Shown piece after piece: positions 38,301-46,886 of a stretch of DNA of 64,000 bases. The stretch lies in the NCBI GenBank assembly GCA_041753155.1, contig JBGSVA010000096.1:2036-66035 (forward strand), read 5' to 3'. The stretch comes from Thermodesulfobacteriota bacterium. Lineage in GTDB: Bacteria; Desulfobacterota_D; UBA1144; Nemesobacterales; UBA2774. Both the position numbers and the translations under genes were made by a program. Numbering within the stretch: the stretch's first letter is position 1; each line of letters begins with the position of its first letter. The notes beneath the pieces were generated by a model that ran no database searches, was not told the DNA's origin, and worked only from the letters and a program-made list of their open reading frames with translations.

Positions 38301-38740
38301 ACCGCTTCCGCATTATGGGACTCGATATAATTTCGTTCGGCCAATTCAACGCCGACGACGAAAAGTCGAACGTGCTCACGTTTCACGACAAAGGTCAGGC
38401 GGTATATAAAAAGATAGTGATTCGCGGGAACCGTATAGTCGGCGGATTCTACCTCGGAGACACGTCCGGGGCGGAGGAAGTGTTGGCGCTCGCCCGGAGA
38501 GCGTCCGACATTTCGAGGTATAGAGACACGCTCCTCTCGGGGAATTTCAAGGAGAAGCTCCCGTCGGGTAGGGTCGTATGCTCCTGCATGTCAGTGACGG
38601 AGGACGAGATAGCGCTCGCGATAAATAACGGAGCTAATAACATAGAGGCGCTCAAGGAGAGGCTCAAAGTGGCCGTCACGTGCGGCACGTGTCTTGAAGA
38701 GGTGAAGGATCTTTTGAGGAGAGCAAATCCCGCGCATTAG
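35324..38740 (+). CDS. nasA: assimilatory nitrate reductase (NasA-type molybdopterin enzyme) fused to a NirB-like module with degenerate dinucleotide motifs and a BFD-like [2Fe-2S] end
   Basis: CPYCGVGCGV...CSKG (N-terminal 4Fe-4S). EPVLEINPEDAETYGLREGDLALVESRRG...FLPFHWG (Mo-binding barrel). C-terminal CSCMSVTEDEIALAI...VTCGTCLEEV. TTG start. Confidence 0.8.
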   Translation: MELNPANQHRTVCPYCGVGCGVILETGGGKVLGVRGDPDHPSNWGKLCSKGLNLHHTIHKKDRLTHPLMRDSRLSPFTSTTWDKALDRIADKFRSLINDYGPESIAFYISGQLLTEDYYVVNKLSKGFLKVNNLDSNSRLCMSSAVMGYRRAFGVDAPPCSYEDIKHTDCVFIIGSNMAYCHPVVFMQLAEEKEKKGDGLKIIVADPRKTPTAGIADIFIPLKPGTDVALLNSMIHVLIENGLVDDGYVNSYTEGFDSLKETVGEYTPEKVSEICGIPASLITEAALAFGRADAAMSFWAMGLNQSSSGTDKNNALINLSIVTGNVGKPGAGPFSLTGQANAMGGRETGGLANILPGHRYMADAEHRKEIGEKWGADELSPAKGLTAVEIYDGINNGKIKAVWIICTNPVVSLPNGAKVEDALGKAELVIVQDIFHPTDTTIFGDILLPAAGFSEKEGTMTNQERRISHIAKAIDPPGVAMPDWQIFTKFAHKMGFGEHFKYERAEDVFEEYKQLSRDRDVDIRGVTYERLNGSGPIQWPCPDAGHPGTPRLYTDGIFHTESGKAKIMTVHYNPQKEVPDPEYPLVFTTGRVRDQWHTMTKTGKVESLTKNEPEPVLEINPEDAETYGLREGDLALVESRRGKTTVRCKVTDRVREGTVFLPFHWGRLLANNGRANLLTLEAIDPYSQQPEFKACAVRVKRKSFDESVRVLILGNDPAAPELAGGINGINPNVDITLVTSAENVSNGGIRISRKIPVNIDTDRKIVEFADGDALGYDKLVFSPGKKTYLPPIKGFSFEGIRAIRNFEEAKKLIAKELVLGKTVVMGSRPSAIETADLLKSRGADEVYLIDPDNVLLDKYVDYEGSQFIYHKLTKKGIKIILGAEVEEIVEKEGRKKIVLGRGREIDADLIFIESIMKPDLELPLKTGLLINKGLVAGEQMETNIPDVYAVGKTAEVKGVITNDPELLKMQADVLARHISGDPTARYTESVDANRFRIMGLDIISFGQFNADDEKSNVLTFHDKGQAVYKKIVIRGNRIVGGFYLGDTSGAEEVLALARRASDISRYRDTLLSGNFKEKLPSGRVVCSCMSVTEDEIALAINNGANNIEALKERLKVAVTCGTCLEEVKDLLRRANPAH

Positions 38741-38754
38741 CATGGGAGTGATAA

Positions 38755-39744
38755 ATGGTGCTTAAAGACTCGTTCGGAAGAGTGGTCAATAATCTGAGGA
38801 TATCCGTTACCGACAGGTGCAATTTTAGGTGCATGTACTGCATGCCCGCGCACGGAATGGTCTGGCTGGACAAGGACAAGATACTGAGCTTCGAAGAGAT
38901 ATCGAGGCTCGCAAAAATATTCTCGGGTCTCGGCGTGAGCAAGATACGGCTCACAGGGGGCGAGCCGCTCATGAGAAAGGAGCTCCACGTCCTCGTACGC
39001 ATGCTCGCAAGCGTCGGGGGTGTTAGGGACATATCCCTCACGACAAACGGATACTTTCTGGAGGAGCAGGTGGAAATGCTCTCGGATGCAGGGCTGAACA
39101 GGATCAACGTAAGCCTCGATTCCCTTAAGCGGGACAGCTTCGCCGAGATAACGAGAAGGAGCTACTACGAAAAGGTCATGCGCGGGATCGCCGAAGCAGC
39201 GCGCACAAGGCTCCGCCCGATAAAGTTAAACGTCGTGTTAATAAGAGGGTTCAACGACGGCGAGATACTCGATTTCGCTGAGCTTGCGCGCAAAAGCAAT
39301 TTCATCGTCCGGTTCATAGAGTTCATGCCCATAGGGAGCGGGGAGGACTGGAACATCGAACAGGTGGTAACGGAGGACGAAATAATCGGAACGATAGAGC
39401 ACGGCCTCGGCATGAGGCTCATCCCCAGGAATCTCAGGGAAAGCCAGCCCGCGGACAGCTACGTATTCGAAGACGGTAAGGGCGAGATAGGGTTCATAAG
39501 CTCCGTGAGCAGCCCCTTTTGTGAAAACTGTAACCGCGTGAGAATAACGTCTGACGGCAAGCTCAGGACATGTCTCTTCTCTTTAGGCGAGACCGATCTG
39601 AGGAGGATGCTCAGGGAAGGCGCGAGCGACCGGGAGATCAGGGACGTCATCACCGGCGCAGTATTGAGGAAGGAGCGGGGACACCTCATAAACAAACCGG
39701 GCTTCATAAAGCCTTCGAGAACGATGTCACAGATAGGGGGATAG
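38755..39744 (+). CDS. moaA: GTP 3',8-cyclase MoaA (radical SAM)
   Basis: LRISVTDRCNFRCMYCMP...IRLTGGEPL...C-terminal CENCNRVRITSDGKLRTCLF. Confidence 0.9.
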   Translation: MVLKDSFGRVVNNLRISVTDRCNFRCMYCMPAHGMVWLDKDKILSFEEISRLAKIFSGLGVSKIRLTGGEPLMRKELHVLVRMLASVGGVRDISLTTNGYFLEEQVEMLSDAGLNRINVSLDSLKRDSFAEITRRSYYEKVMRGIAEAARTRLRPIKLNVVLIRGFNDGEILDFAELARKSNFIVRFIEFMPIGSGEDWNIEQVVTEDEIIGTIEHGLGMRLIPRNLRESQPADSYVFEDGKGEIGFISSVSSPFCENCNRVRITSDGKLRTCLFSLGETDLRRMLREGASDREIRDVITGAVLRKERGHLINKPGFIKPSRTMSQIGG

Positions 39745-39778
39745 GCATTCGATTGATCAGAACTGTGTCTGCATAAAT

Positions 39779-40951
39779 ATGATCGACTCGCTCTACAAAA
39801 CATTTAAGTCCCGCATAAGGATAGACAGGAACGAGCTCTCGGGCGCTTTCGGGGACATCGGCACGGACCTGCCGCTGATCATCGGTATTTTGCTCGTTTC
39901 GGGCCTCGACCCGGTAAGCGTATTCGTGATGTTCGGCCTCACCCAGATATTCTCGGGACTATTCTACGGCATCCCCATGCCTGTCCAGCCGTTAAAGGCC
40001 GTGGCAGTCATGGCGATATCACAGCACCTGGGAGCAGACATCATACTTGCGGCGGGGATCGGTCTCGGCATCGTTATGCTGTTCCTCAATATCACGGGCC
40101 TGATAAAATCGATATACAGGGTAATCCCCGACTGCGTCGTCAGGGGAATTCAGTTCGGACTCGGCGTGAACCTCCTCCTCCTTGCCCTGACCGACTACAT
40201 ACCATCACAGGGACTGAACGGCATTTTTCTCGCCGCTATAGGTTTGGTCATAGTATTCTTACTGATCGGAAACAGGAAATACCCTCCGGCGCTTGCGGTA
40301 ATTTTACTCGGACTCCTTTATGCATTGATCGTCAACTCTGACTCCGCGCCTGTAATCCCGCACGCGGGACTCCCGCTTCTCTCTCTCCACACGCCTTCGC
40401 TATACGACATACTGACCGGCTTTCTCATTCTCGGTCTCCCGCAGCTCCCGCTTTCCATATCGAATTCTCTCATAGCGACGAAGAAGCTCGCGGACGACCT
40501 GTTCCCTGAGAAAAAACTAACTGTAAGCAAGTTTGCGAACACTTACTCGCTTATGAATATCGTAAACCCGCTCCTGGGCGGTATCCCCGTATGTCACGGC
40601 TCGGGGGGACTCGCGGGTCATTATGCATTCGGCGGAAGGACGGGAGGGACGCTCCTCCTCTACGGCTCCATATATCTCCTGATCGGGATTTTTCTCGCAG
40701 GCGATTACGCATCGGTCCGCGCGCTTTTCCCCCTCCCGGTCCTGGGCGTTATTTTGTCGGTCGAAGGTTTTTCTCTGGCTAAATTCATCAAAAAGACCGC
40801 CGGGTCGAAGGAGCTCATAATAGCGCTCACAGTCGGCTTTATCTGCGTCTTTGTAACGAGCGGATACGTTTACGGTCTCATGGCCGGCATGCTGATCTAC
40901 TATCTCGAACCCATAGCAAGGAGGTCGCTCGGAGTAAGGAATGAAAGTTAA
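39779..40951 (+). CDS. MOT1-family (SulP-related) putative molybdate transporter
   Basis: ELSGAFGDIGTDLPLIIGI...FYGIPMPVQPLKAVAVMAIS closely resembles the plant MOT1 signature (GAxGDLGTxIPI / YGVPMPVQPMK). Multi-TM. Confidence 0.7.
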   Translation: MIDSLYKTFKSRIRIDRNELSGAFGDIGTDLPLIIGILLVSGLDPVSVFVMFGLTQIFSGLFYGIPMPVQPLKAVAVMAISQHLGADIILAAGIGLGIVMLFLNITGLIKSIYRVIPDCVVRGIQFGLGVNLLLLALTDYIPSQGLNGIFLAAIGLVIVFLLIGNRKYPPALAVILLGLLYALIVNSDSAPVIPHAGLPLLSLHTPSLYDILTGFLILGLPQLPLSISNSLIATKKLADDLFPEKKLTVSKFANTYSLMNIVNPLLGGIPVCHGSGGLAGHYAFGGRTGGTLLLYGSIYLLIGIFLAGDYASVRALFPLPVLGVILSVEGFSLAKFIKKTAGSKELIIALTVGFICVFVTSGYVYGLMAGMLIYYLEPIARRSLGVRNES

Positions 40952-41645
40952 TGTCCTCTTATTCGGCAGACTGACTCAGGTCGCAGGCGGAAAAGAACTT
41001 GCTGTCCGTCTTGAAAAAGACAGCTGCTCCGTTAAGGAAATGACGGACTCTTTGTTCCGCGTTCATCCGATGCTCAGGGAAGAAACATTCCGTGTCGTCG
41101 TGAACCGGTCTATTTCTCACGATGACGACATGATCGCAGACTCGGACGAAGTCGCGCTCCTGCCCCCTATATCGGGAGGCAATTTCACTTACCTCACGGA
41201 AAGCGCCATCACCCACGAGTTCGTCGAAAGCGTATCGCGGGCAGGCCGACAGGGCGCGGGCTCGCTGCTCATTTTCGAGGGGATCGTAAGAAATGATCAC
41301 GCTGCTCAAAAATCAGGCACGGGGAAGGCAATTAAAAAAGTAGTTTCGATAACGTACTCGGCGTATGAAGAGATGGCGGAAAGGGAAATAAACAAAATTA
41401 TCCTCACCGCAAAAGAGAATTTCCGACTCCGGGACGTCGTGCTCCGACACAGGACGGGCGAGGTCGCGGCCGGTGAGATCGCTTTTTTCGTTGCGGTCTC
41501 TTCTGAGCACAGGAAGGAAGGGATTGCAGGCATTGATTTTATTATAGATGAAGTGAAATCGAAGGTACCCGTATGGAAACAGGAGAATTACGACGACGGC
41601 TCCGGGAGCTGGAAAGAGGGAAGGCTTATCGAATGTGGCGCTTGA
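40941..41645 (+). CDS. MoaD-MoaE fusion (molybdopterin synthase small + large subunit)
   Basis: Residues 1-80 end in LLPPISGG (MoaD/ThiS C-terminal Gly-Gly, nt 41175-41180). The rest is MoaE-like (LIFEGIVRN...YSAYEEMAE...VSSEHRKE...VPVWKQE). Confidence 0.8.
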   Translation: MKVNVLLFGRLTQVAGGKELAVRLEKDSCSVKEMTDSLFRVHPMLREETFRVVVNRSISHDDDMIADSDEVALLPPISGGNFTYLTESAITHEFVESVSRAGRQGAGSLLIFEGIVRNDHAAQKSGTGKAIKKVVSITYSAYEEMAEREINKIILTAKENFRLRDVVLRHRTGEVAAGEIAFFVAVSSEHRKEGIAGIDFIIDEVKSKVPVWKQENYDDGSGSWKEGRLIECGA

Positions 41646-41755
41646 AGAGCGTGCGGCCCGGATTTTAAACCGGGCCTTTACTATAAATAATTGCGAAAAA
41701 CGGCATATAAATTGCCTGTTTAATCTAACCAACAAGACAGCGGAGGGAATACAAA

Positions 41756-43630
41756 GTGCCGAAGAAGACGAAACTCAACAAGATCGAGAAGATCAAGCTC
41801 GAAAAGGACGGGCTCGACGTAGGGACGGAAATCGAAAAGTTCGCGGCGGAAGGGTTCGACTCTATAGGCGAAGACGACCTCGAGAGGCTCAAATGGTTCG
41901 GCACATTTTTCAGGAAACATACTCCGGGCTACTTCATGGTAAGGATCAGGATTCCGAACGGGATCGCCCGAGCAGAGCAGATGGAAGCGATCGCATGGAT
42001 AACGAATAACCTCGGCCGCGGGACAGCCGATATAACGACGAGACAGCAGATTCAGCTCAGGTGGATAAAGATCGACGACGTTCCGGAGGTCCTCCGGCTC
42101 CTTAAAAAAACCGGACTCCTGACACTCCAGACAGGAATGGACAACATAAGGAACGTAGTGGGCTGCCCGGTCTCGGGTATCTCTAGGACGGAGCTCTTCG
42201 AAGCCTCTCCCGTCGTAAAAAAGTTCAATGATATCTTCGTCGGCAGCAAGGAATACTCGAACCTCCCGCGGAAGATGAACGTGACTATAACCGCATGCAA
42301 GGAAAACTGCACGAACTCGGCGACTCAGGACATCTCGCTCATCCCGGCGACTAAATCCGTAAACGGCGCTGACGTGAAAGGGTTCAACGTTTTCGTCGGA
42401 GGCAAGAACGGCTCGGGCGGGTTTAAAAAGTCCCTGCCCCTCGATGTATTCGTGACGCCCGGGGAAGCGCCCGAGCTGTGTAAAGCGATCGCCGTCATAT
42501 ACCGTGACAACGGACCGAGGGCGGCGAGGAACAAGGCGAGGCTGTCCTTCCTCATAGACGAGTGGGGTGTGGAGAAGCTGAGAGAGGCGATCGAAATCAG
42601 CCTGGGCATTGCTCTCGAAAGGGAGGGGGCAGACGAAAGGTTCGATTACGAATCCGACCATATCGGCGTATACCCGCAACTTCAGCACGGGCTCAACTAT
42701 GTCGGACTCCTCGTACCCGTGGGCAAGATCACGGGAGAACAGCTGGGCGAGGCGGCGAGGCTGTCGAAACTCTACGGCAACGGTGAAATAAGACTGACGA
42801 CGGGACAGAATCTGATCATCCCGAACGTGCCGGATGAAAATGTGAACAGGCTCCTCTCCGAAAGGCTGCTTCAGGAGCTGAGCCCCTATCCTTCAGCCGT
42901 CATGCGCAGCATTACGAGCTGCTCCGGTATCGAGTACTGCAACCTCGCGCTTATAGAAACAAAAAACCGCGCGCTCGAGATCGGACACGAGCTCGAGAAT
43001 ATACTGCCGAATTTTAAACCCGGGAGCATCAACTGGTCCGGCTGCCCCTCGGGCTGCGGGAACCATACTATTGCGGACATAGGGCTCCTCGGCAAGAAAA
43101 CCCAGGTGGAGGGCGAGATCGTCGATGCAGTCGATATCTATATCGGCGGAGATTCGGGCCCTGAAGCGAAGCCCGCCATCAAGATAATGGAGAATGTCCC
43201 CTGCAGCGAGCTCACGTTCGTCCTCGAAGGGCTGGTTCAATGGGGCGCATTCGATAAGTTCAGAAAACAGATAGACAACCTCATACAACCCGAAGAACCC
43301 CTGCCTTCCGTGATCGAGAATGCCGAAGCGATGGCGGTGTCCGTCGTACACGCGGACGAAGTAACGGAAGGTTCGGGGAAACCCGTAATAATAGACGGGA
43401 AAGAGATCGCCGTCTTCAAGATAAGGGGCGAGCTCTACGCCACACAAAATCTGTGCCCACATCAGGGGAACAGGCTATCCTCGGGAACGCTGCTCGGGGA
43501 GGACGTGATATGCCCCGGACACGGGAACAGGTTTAACGTAAAGACCGGAAGGTGCCATACCGATTCATCCCTCGAAATAAAAACCTACCGTCTGGTCCCC
43601 AAAGGCAATGGCTATTCAATTGAGGAGTGA
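41756..43630 (+). CDS. nirA: ferredoxin-nitrite reductase (NirA-type, siroheme) fused to a C-terminal Rieske (NirD-like) domain
   Basis: TSCSGIEYCNLA...SGCPSGCGNHTIADIGLLG (siroheme/4Fe-4S). C-terminal CPHQGNRLSSG...CPGHGNRFN (Rieske). Confidence 0.8.
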   Translation: MPKKTKLNKIEKIKLEKDGLDVGTEIEKFAAEGFDSIGEDDLERLKWFGTFFRKHTPGYFMVRIRIPNGIARAEQMEAIAWITNNLGRGTADITTRQQIQLRWIKIDDVPEVLRLLKKTGLLTLQTGMDNIRNVVGCPVSGISRTELFEASPVVKKFNDIFVGSKEYSNLPRKMNVTITACKENCTNSATQDISLIPATKSVNGADVKGFNVFVGGKNGSGGFKKSLPLDVFVTPGEAPELCKAIAVIYRDNGPRAARNKARLSFLIDEWGVEKLREAIEISLGIALEREGADERFDYESDHIGVYPQLQHGLNYVGLLVPVGKITGEQLGEAARLSKLYGNGEIRLTTGQNLIIPNVPDENVNRLLSERLLQELSPYPSAVMRSITSCSGIEYCNLALIETKNRALEIGHELENILPNFKPGSINWSGCPSGCGNHTIADIGLLGKKTQVEGEIVDAVDIYIGGDSGPEAKPAIKIMENVPCSELTFVLEGLVQWGAFDKFRKQIDNLIQPEEPLPSVIENAEAMAVSVVHADEVTEGSGKPVIIDGKEIAVFKIRGELYATQNLCPHQGNRLSSGTLLGEDVICPGHGNRFNVKTGRCHTDSSLEIKTYRLVPKGNGYSIEE

Positions 43631-43656
43631 TTCATGCCGGCCGGGTAAACATATTT

Positions 43657-43686
43657 ACAACTTTGTAAGAGTATTTACAAAATTGT
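43657..43686. promoter_or_regulatory. second copy of the 30-bp palindromic upstream activator site
   Basis: ACAACTTTGTAA-GAGTAT-TTACAAAATTGT. The core TGTAAGAGTATTTACA is at 43664-43679, about 110 bp upstream of the sigma54 promoter. Confidence 0.6.
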
Positions 43687-43781
43687 AACAATCAGAATCG
43701 CCGTTCTTTCAAGCATTCATCCCAAGGAAAATTCTCGATACATTTAGGTCAGTTAGCACTTGCAAAATATCTGTGTCAACC

Positions 43782-43796
43782 TGGCACGGCAATTGC
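43782..43796 (+). promoter_or_regulatory. sigma54 promoter of narK-porin(-Moco) genes
   Basis: TGGCAC-GGCAA-TTGC, 50 nt before the ATG at 43846. Confidence 0.75.
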
Positions 43797-43845
43797 CAAT
43801 ACCAGAATATAAGAAATAACCAAATGTTCCAGGGAGGCTAAACAG

Positions 43846-45183
43846 ATGGAGATCAGAAATAAAGCTACCCGTATCAGCTTGTTCAGCCTGAGTACACCGC
43901 AGATGCGGGCATTTCACATGACGTGGTTCGCGTTCTTCCTCTGCTTTTTCGGATGGTTCGGAATTGCGCCGCTTATGGCTGTCGTCAGAGACGACCTCGG
44001 ACTTACGAAGACACAGATAGGGAATACGATCATAGCATCCGTCGCAATTACAATCTTATGCCGTCTCATTGTCGGAAAGCTCTGCGACAAGTACGGTCCG
44101 CGGCTCACGTACACATGGCTCCTTCTCATAGGCGCTCTGCCGGTCATGGGTATCGGTTTATCCCACAGCTATGAATCGTTCCTGCTGTTCCGGCTAGCGA
44201 TCGGCACGATAGGCGCGTCCTTCGTGATCACGCAGTACCACACATCGATCATGTTCGCGCCTAACGTAGTGGGCACGGCGAACGCGACGACCGCCGGATG
44301 GGGTAACCTGGGAGGCGGAGTGACACAGATGTTGATGCCGCTCATATTCGCAGCCATAATCACCCTGGGCGCCGGTAAATTTCTGGGGTGGAGATTGGCA
44401 ATGGTGGTTCCGGGAGTGGTATTGTTCCTCACGGGGATCGCTTATTACTTTTTCACCCAGGACGCGCCGGACGGCAACTTCAAAGAGTTGAGAGACAGAG
44501 GTGAGCTGCCGGCCGCGGGCGACAAGGATTACGGCTCTTTCCTCCGTGCGGCGAAGGATCCCCGCGTATGGGCGCTCTTCGTGATTTATGCCGCTTGCTT
44601 CGGTGTGGAACTGACGATCAACAATATAGCGGCGCTCTATTTCTTCGACCGGTTCAAGCTGGATCTGGAGACGGCCGGAATTATCGCAAGCCTCTTCGGA
44701 CTGATGAACCTCTTTGCCCGTACGCTGGGCGGAGTCTATTCGGACAAATTCGCGAAGAGTTACGGACTGGGGGGGAGAGTGAAGTTCCTTTTCGCGGTCC
44801 TGCTTCTTGAAGGACTCGCCCTCCTCGTGTTCTCACAAATGTCGGTGCTCATTCTCTCCGTATCATCGATGGTCATTTTCAGCCTCTTCGTCCAGATGTC
44901 GGAAGGGGCGACGTACGGTATCGTACCTTTCATCAACAAGAAAGCGCTCGGATCGGTTGCCGGCATAGTCGGAGCGGGGGGTAATGCGGGGGCGGTAGCG
45001 GCAGGCTTCCTCTTCAGATCGGAGAGTCTCACAACGCAGGACGGTCTGCTTTACCTGGGACTATTTGTAGTCATAGCTTCTGCTTTCGCGGCTCTCGTAA
45101 GGTTCTCACCCAAGGTACTCGAAGAGGAGAACAGGGCCTTCCACGAGGCCCATGCGCAGAAAGCCGCCGCAGTCAGGTCCTAA
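43846..45183 (+). CDS. narK: NarK/NasA-type MFS nitrate/nitrite transporter
   Basis: 12-TM pattern. The NNP signature-like GWGNLGGG is present. Confidence 0.8.
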   Translation: MEIRNKATRISLFSLSTPQMRAFHMTWFAFFLCFFGWFGIAPLMAVVRDDLGLTKTQIGNTIIASVAITILCRLIVGKLCDKYGPRLTYTWLLLIGALPVMGIGLSHSYESFLLFRLAIGTIGASFVITQYHTSIMFAPNVVGTANATTAGWGNLGGGVTQMLMPLIFAAIITLGAGKFLGWRLAMVVPGVVLFLTGIAYYFFTQDAPDGNFKELRDRGELPAAGDKDYGSFLRAAKDPRVWALFVIYAACFGVELTINNIAALYFFDRFKLDLETAGIIASLFGLMNLFARTLGGVYSDKFAKSYGLGGRVKFLFAVLLLEGLALLVFSQMSVLILSVSSMVIFSLFVQMSEGATYGIVPFINKKALGSVAGIVGAGGNAGAVAAGFLFRSESLTTQDGLLYLGLFVVIASAFAALVRFSPKVLEEENRAFHEAHAQKAAAVRS

Positions 45184-45341
45184 CATCGCACGTAAATTAG
45201 CAAATCTCCTTTGTGATGGGAATTATACCGAAATTCCCTCAGAGTGAAGGGATAGCATTAAGAGGATTAATGTTATCCCCTCTCCTCAACATCAAAGAAG
45301 GACACCGATCTAAAAATGTTACAATCAGGGAGGGGAATTAA

Positions 45342-46814
45342 ATGACGGGATCACTTTATCGAAAATTTATGGTCTTAACATTGGTTGTCGTATTGTCATC
45401 GGTCGCGCTCTATGCCGGCTCAAGCGCGGCGGAGAGTTTCTCGGAAGGCCTGAAAAACCACGTGAGCGGAGGCGTAAACATAAACATGCGGAACGAGCTA
45501 TGGAGCACATTTCAGCAAGAGAACGCCGACACGGAACGCACGTATGATTTCTTTCTCATAAGAGCGAGGGCCTTCGTCGATTTCGAATGGGAGCACGTCT
45601 CCCTTCGTGTCATGGGGCAGGGGGTGAAGGCGTTCAATTTGCCTGAGGACGGCGCCTTCGGCCCCGGCCCGCTCTATTTCACCGCAAGCGACGAAAAGAC
45701 GCGGCCGGGGAATTTCCAGTTCGTCGAGGCTTACCTGCACCTCAAAAATTTGAACGGATTTTACTTGAAGGGTGGCAGGATAAATTATGAAGACGGGGGA
45801 GAGGTGCTTTACGAGGACTCCCCGCAGCTCACGTGGCTCATAAAAAAGAGACTCTCCGAGAGGCTCATCGGGAATTGGGACTGGACGCTCGTCGGAAGGA
45901 GGTTCGACGGAGGGACGGCCGGTTATACGAACGATATCTTCAATCTCAACCTGATGGGGGCTGTCGTAACCTTCGGCGGTTACGACATCGACGACGGCCT
46001 CTGGAAGGACCTGGATACTGTCTTCGTAACAGGCGGATCGCTCACATTAAAGAAGGATGTACTGCTCAAGAACACGCAGTTTCAGCTCTTCGACTATTTT
46101 TATTTCGACGATAGAGCGCCGGCCGTTACGCTGGCGGGCGACGATCTCAAGATCAACACGGCCGGGATAAGCATGGTCGGGGCTTACCCCGCGGGCTCGG
46201 GATTTTTCGACACGATGTTGTGGTTCGCCTTTCAGTTAGGCGACTTCGGCACCGAGAGCCAGAAGGCGCTCGCTTTTATCAGCGAGCTCGGATATCAGTT
46301 TGCCGCCGCGCCGTGGAAACCCTGGGTGAGGGTCGGCCTCGCCTATGCCTCGGGTGACGGAGACCCTGACGATTCGGATAACGGCACGTTCTTCAACATG
46401 GTCCCTACGAACCACAAGTGGTACGGTTACGCGGACACGACTGCCTTCAGCAATATAATCGACGCCTATACCCAGATCATGCTGAAGCCGTTCCCTATAG
46501 TCGGTTTCGACGTGGAGGGACACCTCTTCTGGCTCGCTTCCGACGACGAAGTGTGGATCGGGGGATCGGGTCCCTTCAACGATTCCGTCTTCGGATACCA
46601 GTTCAGGAACCCGGTCGAAGGCGAGGACATCGAAAGTTTTCTCGGCGGTGAGATCGACGTGACGCTGAGCATAAAGGCGCTCGAACACCTGACCTTCGAT
46701 CTCGGCTATTCCCATTTCTTCGGCGGGCGCGGCGTCGAAGTCATTTACAATGCTGAGGACCAGCTCGACTGGTTTTACGCGCAGGCGACGATTCCCTTCA
46801 CGATCGGAAAGTGA
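45342..46814 (+). CDS. outer-membrane beta-barrel porin (alginate-export-like), signal peptide
   Basis: N-terminal LVVVLSSVALYAGSSAAE. Alternating beta-strand pattern with a terminal ...YAQATIPFTIGK. Sits between narK and mobA. Confidence 0.45.
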   Translation: MTGSLYRKFMVLTLVVVLSSVALYAGSSAAESFSEGLKNHVSGGVNINMRNELWSTFQQENADTERTYDFFLIRARAFVDFEWEHVSLRVMGQGVKAFNLPEDGAFGPGPLYFTASDEKTRPGNFQFVEAYLHLKNLNGFYLKGGRINYEDGGEVLYEDSPQLTWLIKKRLSERLIGNWDWTLVGRRFDGGTAGYTNDIFNLNLMGAVVTFGGYDIDDGLWKDLDTVFVTGGSLTLKKDVLLKNTQFQLFDYFYFDDRAPAVTLAGDDLKINTAGISMVGAYPAGSGFFDTMLWFAFQLGDFGTESQKALAFISELGYQFAAAPWKPWVRVGLAYASGDGDPDDSDNGTFFNMVPTNHKWYGYADTTAFSNIIDAYTQIMLKPFPIVGFDVEGHLFWLASDDEVWIGGSGPFNDSVFGYQFRNPVEGEDIESFLGGEIDVTLSIKALEHLTFDLGYSHFFGGRGVEVIYNAEDQLDWFYAQATIPFTIGK

Positions 46815-46886
46815 CGTGCGGCATTTCGGGGCGCGCTTATAGTGCCGCCGGGCTTGGGTATAATTCTATGGGGTTCTATAACGATC

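Noticed and set aside
38741-39778. Looked for a Moco riboswitch ahead of moaA, the MOT1 gene and the moaC operon.
   Set aside because: Intergenic gaps are only 14-34 nt, so there is no room for the roughly 130-nt aptamer. None was seen elsewhere in the cluster.
41720-42688. Long antisense ORFs in the GC-rich half: 41720-42688(-) of 322 aa, 36278-36961(-), 49572-50390(+), 50400-51122(+), 59724-60302(-) and many 60-190 aa ones.
   Set aside because: They lie opposite genes with clear family motifs, have Arg/Pro/Gly-rich low-complexity translations and no RBS. These are typical shadow ORFs of high-GC coding DNA.
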